This document shows, one piece after another, positions 56,797 through 64,000 of a stretch of 64,000 bases of DNA. The stretch comes from Escherichia coli (GTDB lineage: Bacteria; Pseudomonadota; Gammaproteobacteria; Enterobacterales; Enterobacteriaceae): NCBI RefSeq assembly GCF_048403405.1, contig NZ_CP183131.1; one strand, written 5' to 3'. How positions within the stretch are numbered: position 1 is the stretch's first letter; each line of letters opens with the position of its first letter. Made by a program: the position numbers and the translations under genes. A model generated the notes under the pieces. It was not told where the DNA came from. It ran no database searches and worked only from the letters and a program-made list of their open reading frames with translations.

Positions 56797-57394
56797 CGTT
56801 ACCCCCTGCCAGCAGTTTATCTACTGAATGGCCGAGTCCGTTACCAAACCATTTGTCCAGAGCGTCGATTTCCGGGAAGTCCGATTTCACCTGAGCAACA
56901 ACACGTTCCATTTTGCTGAGAGCATCCTGGAACTCAAGGCCATTACCTGCGGCCACCTCAAGTTTGCACTTGATGTAAGCGGAGTAGGTATCACAGGCCT
57001 TAACCAGTGATTGTTCATAGCCACCGGGAGCGAAGGCTATGGCGACTGCATCCTGGAGTTCTTCGGGAAGAGTCTGGATGAGTTTGTCCTCTGCGGCCTT
57101 TTCCAGTCGTTCAAACTCACGCTGCAAAACAGCGTTTGCTTTCTTGACCGGTGTTACAACATCCGAACAGAGAACCTCGGCTGCATCATGCAACGAAGCA
57201 TGAGCAAGCATGACTGCCAGATCCACCGACTTCCCTTGCTGAATGGCAATATTGCCAGCCAGGTAGGAAAGCAGGGTAACAACAGCGCTGTGTTCCAACA
57301 CAGACTCCGGTTGAACAGAGTGCATCAGTGACCAGCGTTTGATCAGGCGTTGGCGCAAGGCCAGAGCTAGAAAGCCGAAATTTGAATTAGACAT
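56789..57394 (-). CDS. HD-domain phosphohydrolase (YfbR-like 5'-nucleotidase family)
   Basis: 201 aa. H...HD...E/D pattern: VLEHSAVVTLL, MLAHASLHDAAEVLCSDVVTPVKK. Confidence 0.7.
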   Translation of the reverse strand: MSNSNFGFLALALRQRLIKRWSLMHSVQPESVLEHSAVVTLLSYLAGNIAIQQGKSVDLAVMLAHASLHDAAEVLCSDVVTPVKKANAVLQREFERLEKAAEDKLIQTLPEELQDAVAIAFAPGGYEQSLVKACDTYSAYIKCKLEVAAGNGLEFQDALSKMERVVAQVKSDFPEIDALDKWFGNGLGHSVDKLLAGGNDD

Positions 57395-57465
57395 AGTGCC
57401 TCCAAAATTGGTTGGAGGTACACCAAAGCCGACCGGGCCTTGGTGTACCCGGTTGGGTTACTTAG
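57395..57465 (-). promoter_or_regulatory. structured leader, instance 7
   Basis: GTAACCCAACCGGG. ACCGGG/CCCGGT, GGTACACCAA/TTGGTGTACC and CCTCCAA/TTGGAGG (SD) stems. Confidence 0.5.
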
Positions 57466-57669
57466 TTATCTCGGGTCAAGCTGCTTAGCTATAGCGAGTA
57501 AAAACGGATGGAATGGATGATCTTGCGGGACACCCCCAACAAGCTCACGGGCTAAACCGACTGAGTTTGTAGCCAACACCTCTTTGACGGCCAGAATGAT
57601 TTCATTGTCGATTTCATCCTGGGTCTTTCGTTGTTGGTCCACCAGCCGACTTAACTTGTCTAGGCTCAT
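57466..57669 (-). CDS. small hypothetical protein
   Basis: 67-aa ORF preceded by a leader with the perfect 8-bp SD stem TTCTCTCC/GGAGAGAA. Confidence 0.5.
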   Translation of the reverse strand: MSLDKLSRLVDQQRKTQDEIDNEIILAVKEVLATNSVGLARELVGGVPQDHPFHPFLLAIAKQLDPR

Positions 57670-57840
57670 GCTTCTCTCCTTTGTTTGTGGGAGAGAACCC
57701 AGGAGGGGTTTCCTCCCGAGGGGTTAGGTTATTGCTGTTTTGGGCCAGCTACCGTTATAGCCAGCAAGCGCTGACAATGAACAAAGAGTATGACAGCCAC
57801 CTAAAAGGGTAAAACGCTGTAATTGCCCTTTTGGGGTGCA
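57670..57840 (-). promoter_or_regulatory. structured leader, instance 8, plus promoter-like box
   Basis: After the terminator at 57841-57870: CGGTAGCTGGCCCAAAACAGCAAT (57731-57754), CTAACCCCTCGGGAGGAAACCCCTCC, then the SD stem. Confidence 0.5.
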
Positions 57841-57870
57841 AAAGAAAAAGCCCTCCCGAAGGAGGGCTTT
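57841..57870 (-). terminator. rho-independent terminator after the DndC-like gene
   Basis: Minus strand: TAA-AAAAGCCCTCC-TTCG-GGAGGGCTTTTTCTTTT. Confidence 0.8.
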
Positions 57871-60324
57871 TTATGCGGCCAAGGACAAGCCTTGCTGTCC
57901 TCTTTGCAACTCTGTGTCGTCGCGGCGATGTAAGCGTTGAACCGCCTTGATCATCGTTCTGACATGTCGCTCCAAAGAGGCTGGATGGCGTTTTGACAGT
58001 AGGTTGATCCAGTCGAGATAGATAGCAAGCGCGGAACCTTCGGTTAGGGCTGCCTGTATCGCCTCATACTGCCCTACGGCACTCTGGACCACATCATTCA
58101 CCCACTGGGCGTCAGTATTGTCCAAGAGCTCGCAGAGGGCCGTATAAGCCTTCCTTCTGGTCGCGGCCATGTAACGACGAATGTTGGCGTTTCCGCTCCC
58201 CTCTCGCCCTTCCATGACGCTCATACAGAATGCGCTGGAGTAACAAAGCATCGCGTCAGTCACGTAGTTAAACCATCGCTCCTGATGCCGTTTCTGTTCT
58301 TCCATTGCTTCCTGGTCAAGTTGCTTCTCGATGAACAACCCCGTCGGAGTACGGTGGTGCAGATGGTACTTGAACGTTAAGTGCAAGTTGACCCACCAGC
58401 GTACCGTTGCCAGTCTTCCCTTGATTTTTCGCTTCACCAGATCTTTGTACTTAGCATCGCTAAGCACTTTGACATCCTTGCGCTGTTGGATTCCTTCCAT
58501 CGTCTGTAGCCCTGTAAGGCCCATCTGGTGGTAGGTTTGACCTCTTTGCATCATACGGTGATACAAAGCGCCTTTTCCTTTCGCAAGCTGGATTGCTCCG
58601 AACCGAAGGTAGAACTGCGCTGCACTACCGGGCGTATAATGTCCCTTTAGTACAGACTCCCTTAGTCGCGGGTATTCGTTCCAGATGATGAACGCAGCGG
58701 AGTCGGGATCGACTTTCACTTCATCATCTTCTGCGAAGCAAACCACCCTTCTCTTTCCGTCTGCGGTATTGATCACTTGCGCTGCCAACGGGTCATCCCC
58801 GCCGTCAAAGTAAGCCATTTCCGCTAACGGATCGGCCAAGCCATCAGAAAGCGAACCATCGCCCCAGCGACCAACCTTCAACCACAATGGCTTCGGAATT
58901 GGTGACTGAGGAACGGTTTCACACTGCGGCTCGTCTTCCAGCAAGTCCAGATCACCCATCGACCAAACCCTGTGGTAAATCTCCAGGGCATGGAAAGGCT
59001 TATCATTGAAATGATGGAAGGCCCACATGAAGTCGATATGGACTAAAGCCTCTTCCGATATGATCCGGAATTGTGGCTCTGCCATTCGACGGTTCCAGTC
59101 GTTATCCTCTGCTTGACCAGTAGCCAGCTTGTATGCCAGCTCATCAGCTCTCTTTTGCTCCATGTAGTCCATGCTGCAACAGACATGAAGCAATCGTTCT
59201 AGGAAAACAGGACTGTAAACGTCCGGCTGTATTTTGATGTATCCGCCCTCGTAAATCGTTCGACCTACGGGATGGCGGTCTTCCCATGCGTACCGGCGTT
59301 TTGCCAAGTAGCGCTGGATGCGGTTCAGCCCCGACATATAGCCATGCCTTTCAGGGTCCGTGGCAAGCAACGTCTCCATTGACTTATCCAACCCAACAGC
59401 CTGGCAAGCCCAGCAACCGAAGCGAGCGCCACAGGCGTCACTGGCCTTCTTCTCTGTTGCCGACCACACGCACTCCCCTGTTGCCGCCTTGTAAAGCTCT
59501 GCCGTAGTGACATTGCTCTCCAAGTAACTTGGCAGAGGATATGCTGAGCCCATGCCAGCGGATAGTAAGAACTCCCAGACATCACTCGCCAACCAGTTTT
59601 TCACCACATACAGCTCACCCCCATCTTTCGTCTTAATGACGCGATCTGAGCTTCCTCGCTGTTTTGCAATGTTGGCCGCACGAATAGTGCTTTCAGCATC
59701 ACGACTGCCCAGCAAAAGGCAGACTTTCTGTCGAACCTCTTTGGGAAGCTCTCGCATATAAGCTGCCTTCGCTCTTTTGGCAGAGGTGATTTTTAAATCC
59801 TGGCTACACTGGCGGGCCGTGGAGTTGGAAAACGTAGGCAACCCCCTCCCAGTAAGGATTCGGCCCGTCCAACTCTGCGAGATCCCAGGCTTTGCTAGAA
59901 CGATGGTCAGAGGAAGGTTTTCCTTCGCAATGAAACGCTCCAGCTCGGCCAGTTTCTGATCCGCCAGCCACCTTACCTCTGGGCTTTCGATCAGTGTGTC
60001 AGTGTGCAAGATGAAGTGGTGCTGGCTGATGGTCGCCCCACTCCTTACAGCCCGGATCAGGGCCATCAGGAACAGGTGCAAGACCGTTTCAGAATCTTTA
60101 CCACTGGAATAGCCGATCATCATGGTCCACCCATCAATTAAGGCCGTGTGAATGGACTCAACCGATGACGTGATCAACGATGACAGACTGGTTCCTCTAC
60201 TGGCATCAACGAAGTTCAAATCCTCGTTATCAGTCAGTTCTGACCAAACAGAATCCCACTTATCCCCACGCAAAAGCACTGGGATGGGTTGTTCTGATAG
60301 ATCAAAGTTTAATGTTTGTTGCAT
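57871..60324 (-). CDS. large DndC-like PP-loop/PAPS-reductase-family protein
   Basis: 817 aa. PP-loop GYSSGKDSE near residue 70. Cys motif CGARFGCWACQAVGLDKSMETLL as remembered for DndC-type sulfurtransferases. The about 450-aa C-terminal extension has no recognised domain. Confidence 0.65.
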   Translation of the reverse strand: MQQTLNFDLSEQPIPVLLRGDKWDSVWSELTDNEDLNFVDASRGTSLSSLITSSVESIHTALIDGWTMMIGYSSGKDSETVLHLFLMALIRAVRSGATISQHHFILHTDTLIESPEVRWLADQKLAELERFIAKENLPLTIVLAKPGISQSWTGRILTGRGLPTFSNSTARQCSQDLKITSAKRAKAAYMRELPKEVRQKVCLLLGSRDAESTIRAANIAKQRGSSDRVIKTKDGGELYVVKNWLASDVWEFLLSAGMGSAYPLPSYLESNVTTAELYKAATGECVWSATEKKASDACGARFGCWACQAVGLDKSMETLLATDPERHGYMSGLNRIQRYLAKRRYAWEDRHPVGRTIYEGGYIKIQPDVYSPVFLERLLHVCCSMDYMEQKRADELAYKLATGQAEDNDWNRRMAEPQFRIISEEALVHIDFMWAFHHFNDKPFHALEIYHRVWSMGDLDLLEDEPQCETVPQSPIPKPLWLKVGRWGDGSLSDGLADPLAEMAYFDGGDDPLAAQVINTADGKRRVVCFAEDDEVKVDPDSAAFIIWNEYPRLRESVLKGHYTPGSAAQFYLRFGAIQLAKGKGALYHRMMQRGQTYHQMGLTGLQTMEGIQQRKDVKVLSDAKYKDLVKRKIKGRLATVRWWVNLHLTFKYHLHHRTPTGLFIEKQLDQEAMEEQKRHQERWFNYVTDAMLCYSSAFCMSVMEGREGSGNANIRRYMAATRRKAYTALCELLDNTDAQWVNDVVQSAVGQYEAIQAALTEGSALAIYLDWINLLSKRHPASLERHVRTMIKAVQRLHRRDDTELQRGQQGLSLAA

Positions 60325-60411
60325 AGGGCCTCCTGGATTAGCAGGGTGCCCATCCCTTCCGGGAAAGCACCCCGGTAGGGTTAAAATTGAATCCTGGCTA
60401 TCAGACCTGAA
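60325..60411 (-). promoter_or_regulatory. structured leader, instance 9 (cut from its upstream gene by the IS3-family element)
   Basis: TTAACCCTACCGGGGTGCTTTCCCGGAAGGG hairpin. GGGTGC/GCACCC alternative. GGGCACCCTG/CAGGAGGCCC SD stem. Confidence 0.5.
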
Positions 60412-61640
60412 TGAATCGCCACGGGTTTAACAGACACCTCAGAGTCATTTAAGATGGCTTAAAGAGAGGTGCCCATGAGCGGTAAGCGTTATCCCGAAGA
60501 GTTTAAAATTGAAGCAGTCAAACAGGTTGTTGATCGCGGTTATTCTGTTGCCAGCGTTGCAACACGTCTCGATATCACCACCCACAGCCTTTACGCCTGG
60601 ATAAAGAAGTACGGTCCGGATTCTTCCACTAATAAAGAACAGTCAGATGCTCAGGCCGAGATCCGCCGTCTCCAGAAAGAGCTGAAGCGGGTTACCGACG
60701 AACGGGACATATTAAAAAAAGCCGCGGCGTACTTCGCAAAGCTGTCCGACTGAGGTACGCCTTTATCCGTGACAACACCTGTTGCTGGCCTGTTCGCCTG
60801 CTCTGTCGGGTGCTGGATGTTCATCCCAGTGGTTTTTACGCCTGGCTTCAGCAGCCGCATTCACAACGCCATCAGGCAGACCTAAGACTGACAGGACAGA
60901 TTAAACAGTTCTGGCTGGAATCGGGATGCATCTATGGTTATCGCAAAATCCATCTGGATCTGCGGGACAGCGGGCAACAGTGCGGAGTGAACAGAGTCTG
61001 GCGACTGATGAAACGTGTCGGGATAAAGGCTCAGGTTGGATACCGGAGCCCGCGAGCACGTAAAGGCGAAGCCAGTATCGTGTCGCCCAACAGGCTCCAG
61101 CGACAGTTCAATCCGGATGCTCCGGATGAGCGTTGGGTAACGGACATAACCTACATCAGGACCCACGAAGGCTGGCTGTATCTTGCCGTGGTTGTTGATC
61201 TGTTCTCACGCAAAATTATCGGCTGGTCCATGCAATCCCGGATGACAAAGGACATTGTCCTGAACGCACTGCTGATGGCTGTATGGCGGCGTAATCCCCA
61301 AAAACAGGTGCTGGTTCATTCGGATCAGGGCAGTCAATACACAAGCCATGAGTGGCAGTCGTTCCTGAAATCACACGGCCTGGAGGGCAGCATGAGCCGT
61401 CGCGGTAACTGCCATGATAATGCGGTTGCAGAAAGCTTTTTCCAGTTGTTGAAACGCGAACGGATAAAGAAAAAGCTCTACGGAACGCGGGAAGAAGCCC
61501 GCAGCGATATTTTTGATTACATCGAAATGTTTTATAACAGTAAGCGTCGGCATGGTTCTAGCGATCAGATGTCACCGACAGAATATGAAAACCAGTATTA
61601 TCAACGGCTCGGAAGTGTCTAGATTATCCGTGGCGATTCA
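60412..61640 (+). mobile_element. IS3-family insertion sequence, 1229 bp
   Basis: IRs TGAATCGCCACGG... at both ends. orfA 60475..60753 (HTH). A7G slippery site at 60714-60721. orfB in the -1 frame to 61622 (DDE: WVTDITY, HSDQGSQY). 3-bp target duplication GAA (60409-60411, 61641-61643). Confidence 0.85.
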
Positions 61641-61643
61641 GAA

Positions 61644-62030
61644 CTAGCTGCTACTCGACATCTGGTTGTCTTCGTATTGCTGCTTGGCCTGTTTCACCAG
61701 ATCAATGTCACCGTCTTGCAGCTTTTGAATATCAAGCTGTAGACGAGCCTTGTGTTTCAACAGTTCAGCGACCGCATTATCAATGTGATCAATGAGCGAT
61801 TGGTTTTTTTGGATGGTGTAACTGTTGAGTTCATCGAGCAGGGGCCATGCAACACTCGAATGAGTGTTGAGCAATGGGTACTCTGCTTCGATCTCACAAA
61901 CCACACCGTTTGCTCCTTCTCTGTAATGAGGGAACCCGACACGCAGACCGATACGACGATCCAGCGCTGCATTTACAGTACATTCCAAAGAAGTTCGGTT
62001 TGAAAAAACATCGTTGACGTTTTTAGACAT
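61644..62030 (-). CDS. hypothetical protein
   Basis: 128-aa ORF with a C-terminal coiled-coil-like segment. Preceded by leader instance 10. Confidence 0.5.
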   Translation of the reverse strand: MSKNVNDVFSNRTSLECTVNAALDRRIGLRVGFPHYREGANGVVCEIEAEYPLLNTHSSVAWPLLDELNSYTIQKNQSLIDHIDNAVAELLKHKARLQLDIQKLQDGDIDLVKQAKQQYEDNQMSSSS

Positions 62031-62262
62031 GCTATATCTCCGTTCAGTTTATGACGGAGCCCCCCTAACAGGAGGTGCTCCCGTCAGGGTTGATAATTTG
62101 CTGTTTGTTTTTGGCAGCCAGCTACCGCACTTGAGCGCCTAAGGCACTTTCCGAAGCACCCTGGGAAACCGAGATGCTTGGGAAAGCGCGGGGTTTCCCC
62201 CTGCGCTGATTACCCTTTTTAAGGGGCCGGTACGCCGATTTCTCGGCGCACTCAGGTTGAAG
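62031..62262 (-). promoter_or_regulatory. structured leader, instance 10, plus promoter-like box and terminator-like hairpins
   Basis: GCGCAGGGGGAAACCCCGCGC-TTTCCC (62186-62206), GTGCGGTAGCTGGCTGCCAAAAACAAACAGCAAATT (62095-62130), TCAACCCTGACGGG, then CTCCGT/ACGGAG SD stem. Confidence 0.5.
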
Positions 62263-62817
62263 CTACACAGTCAAGAACCAACGTTTCATAGGGACGGTGA
62301 TGTCTATCATCCCGTTTCCACATGGATTCTGGCCCCAGAATCTGTAGGTCGTCTCATAGAAGTCAAACTCAGACAAGGACTGAATCTGCGCTTCTGAGAT
62401 CGGCTCAAATGGTCCACCGCAACCGATGTGCATATTGAGCCCATAATCTCGAAGCTCTAGCTCTCCGAGATTTAGCGTCTTCCCGCCCACACAAGCAACC
62501 AAGTTCTGGTTTCTGACGTCGCCTTCTTTGAACAGCAAAGCTGACTCATCGTAGCTCCCATATTGGTTGGTAAACTTCACAATATGCCCGTGCTTAGGTG
62601 AGGTTTGTTCCGACAACTCTTTCAGTAATCGCTTTACGCTTTGAAATCTCGCGTACAGAGCTGGCGTAAACTGCCCAGAGTAGTTCAAGTTTGGGCAGAT
62701 CATTTCAAGCATCTCATCAGGTACAGATTCAAGCCCCATTTGCGCGGCCAATGGCTTCGCCTTTTTCAGACCTTCCTCAAGCACTCTCTGATTTACAAGT
62801 TGTTCTAATGTGTTCAT
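62263..62817 (-). CDS. hypothetical protein
   Basis: Start MNTLEQLVNQ at 62817 after GGAGAGTCAA. 184 aa. Confidence 0.5.
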   Translation of the reverse strand: MNTLEQLVNQRVLEEGLKKAKPLAAQMGLESVPDEMLEMICPNLNYSGQFTPALYARFQSVKRLLKELSEQTSPKHGHIVKFTNQYGSYDESALLFKEGDVRNQNLVACVGGKTLNLGELELRDYGLNMHIGCGGPFEPISEAQIQSLSEFDFYETTYRFWGQNPCGNGMIDITVPMKRWFLTV

Positions 62818-62890
62818 TTGACTCTCCACTTTCGAGAGAGCAATGCAAGCCGTCTCCGGACTTACATTGCCCGTTAACGGCTTTATTGGT
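62818..62890 (-). promoter_or_regulatory. structured leader, degenerate instance 11
   Basis: GTTAACGGGCAATGTAAGTCCGGAGACGGCTTGCATTGC hairpins. CTCTC/GAGAG pairing over the SD. The box is degenerate. Confidence 0.35.
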
Positions 62891-63322
62891 TTATCCCAAG
62901 AGGTACGGAGCTACGCCAGTCAGGAAGCCCATGACTCCCAACACAGCGCCAACCACGCCCAATTTGATTGACAGTTGGACACTTTGATCCGGATGGTTCC
63001 AGAACCACTGCCAGACTTCCCAGCGCCTGGCTCTGCGAACCTCAAGATTTACAGTGTCTTTAAAACGAACACCCAGAGCATCTACCGCATCGTAATCCAG
63101 CGCGACCGCCAGCTTTGTGATGGATAAATTCCCAGGGTTGCCCATCGCATACCGGAGAACCTTTGCTTTGGTCTCTGGGTTTACGATCATAACCGGCTCC
63201 CTCCTGAAAAAACGGGTCTTGTCTTTTCGCTTGGAATCCATGTTGCGGTTATGGAACCTGGCAATGCAGTGTTGAAGGCCTGAATCCTCGGGAGGTAAAG
63301 GCACAACAGTTTCGATTTTCAT
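62891..63322 (-). CDS. hypothetical protein with C-terminal TM helix
   Basis: Start MKIETVVPLPPED at 63322 after AAGGAGAGTAATC. C-terminal LGVVGAVLGVMGFLTGVAPYLL. Confidence 0.5.
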   Translation of the reverse strand: MKIETVVPLPPEDSGLQHCIARFHNRNMDSKRKDKTRFFRREPVMIVNPETKAKVLRYAMGNPGNLSITKLAVALDYDAVDALGVRFKDTVNLEVRRARRWEVWQWFWNHPDQSVQLSIKLGVVGAVLGVMGFLTGVAPYLLG

Positions 63323-63382
63323 GATTACTCTCCTTTCGGATAGGCCGGAGCAAAGGCCTTTCGGCATTGCCCCGGTGAGTTA
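63323..63382 (-). promoter_or_regulatory. structured leader, degenerate instance 12
   Basis: GTAACTCACCGGGGCAATGCCGAAAGGCCTTTGCTCCGG. CTCC...GGAG pairing over the SD. Confidence 0.35.
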
Positions 63383-64000
63383 CTAATGAACCAAAGATGA
63401 AGTGACCATGATTGCGTCTCCGGACATCATTACCGGGAGATATTCGCAAGGCTCATGGCCGCAGCTCTTTTTAGTTCCGTTAGGTGAATAGACAGCCAAT
63501 TGACCATCCATAATGTTGAAGGGCATCCCCTGTTTTTTCGCTGCCGGTGACAGCTTGAGAGTGCCCTTTGCGTCAACCAATGCCGTTGCCCAATGGAAGT
63601 CTTCACCACCGATCACCGGCTGTGATTCATCCACGACTTCGACCATGATTGGCATCATTCCAACCCAGCTCCACAGGCTGTTCCCTAATGCGAGGGCTAA
63701 AGCCTCGAACGCGGGAAAGACTACCGATTGCCCGAGAATCTGGTGGGCAATAGTGTCCGACAGACCTTGGATGAGTTCCTCTGGTATCCCTTTCACTCGA
63801 CAATGTTCTGTCGGTGTAAAGATGCGAGACAACTCCGGCTGTTCTGGATGAACAATGAAAGGTTCGGTACTTCTGCATTTTGCATAGTCCTTACCTATGG
63901 TGCCGCAAAACTCATCGTCGCCAGTCAGAAGCTGGCGAGAGAACCCCTTGCCAGCAGCTTTGTCTCTCAACTCCTTCTCAGCCAGATAGTCAAATGACTT
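63383..64000 (-). CDS. DNA (cytosine-5)-methyltransferase-like protein, partial (5' end beyond window)
   Basis: Reading frame open to the window edge. C-terminal MTase-like motifs RIFTPTEHCRVKGIPEELI (motif IX-like) and HQILGQSVVFPAFEAL (motif X-like, GQSV instead of GNAV), followed by an extra domain of about 100 aa. Confidence 0.5.
   Translation of the reverse strand, partial: KSFDYLAEKELRDKAAGKGFSRQLLTGDDEFCGTIGKDYAKCRSTEPFIVHPEQPELSRIFTPTEHCRVKGIPEELIQGLSDTIAHQILGQSVVFPAFEALALALGNSLWSWVGMMPIMVEVVDESQPVIGGEDFHWATALVDAKGTLKLSPAAKKQGMPFNIMDGQLAVYSPNGTKKSCGHEPCEYLPVMMSGDAIMVTSSLVH

Noticed and set aside
51652-63382. Resemblance of the TTAACCC...GGG leader box to the phage T3 RNA polymerase promoter (AATTAACCCTCACTAAAGGGAGA)
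   Set aside because: The spacing between TAACCC and GGG is 2-4 nt instead of 8, the AT-rich melting region is missing, and no single-subunit RNA polymerase gene is seen in the window.

Overview
This 64-kb window reads as IncA/C (IncC)-type conjugative plasmid backbone from an enterobacterial host. It is interrupted by a 14.7-kb Tn1721/Tn1722-derived multiresistance island and by separate IS5-like and IS3-family insertions. All identifications come from reading the sequence and from memory of protein and IS families; no searches were run.

Backbone, left to right:
- A minus-strand operon of unknown function, including a membrane-anchored PD-(D/E)XK nuclease, divergent from a PP-loop/PAPS-reductase-like gene.
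- oriV (14 direct iterons, DnaA boxes) and repA.
- An AT-rich repeat region (candidate oriT) between a 188-aa gene and an actin-like stbA/parM partition locus.
- H-NS-like acr2, FlhDC-like acaDC with a lytic transglycosylase, and Ner-like acr1.
- traG, traH, traF, then a UvrD-like helicase and a kfrA-like gene.
- The resistance island.
- A Tus-family gene, then an exonuclease / tyrosine recombinase / CX5R phosphatase block.
- An Rhs toxin-immunity locus.
- A long minus-strand block with a primase, an HD hydrolase, a DndC-like PP-loop protein and a C5-methyltransferase-like gene that runs off the window.

Island order: truncated tnpA, IS26, aac(6')-Ib-cr | blaOXA-1 | catB3 | truncated arr-3, IS26, fosA3 module, IS26, truncated tnpR, res, and an mcp gene split by a bla-less ISEcp1/IS903/TonB-receptor-fragment unit.

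Most interesting signals not explained by the gene calls:
1. A recurrent structured leader (TAACCC box plus mutually exclusive hairpins ending in a Shine-Dalgarno-sequestering stem) in front of at least 11 consecutive genes at 51.6-63.4 kb.
2. A parS-like palindrome, TTTCACATGTGAAA, present 5 times exactly across the backbone.
3. Three copies of a terminator plus promoter-like module in the same block as the leaders.
4. Orphan oriV iterons and shared 9-bp and 11-bp repeat families at distant promoters.
5. A 16-bp perfect inverted repeat enclosing a polypurine tract next to the Tus-family gene.
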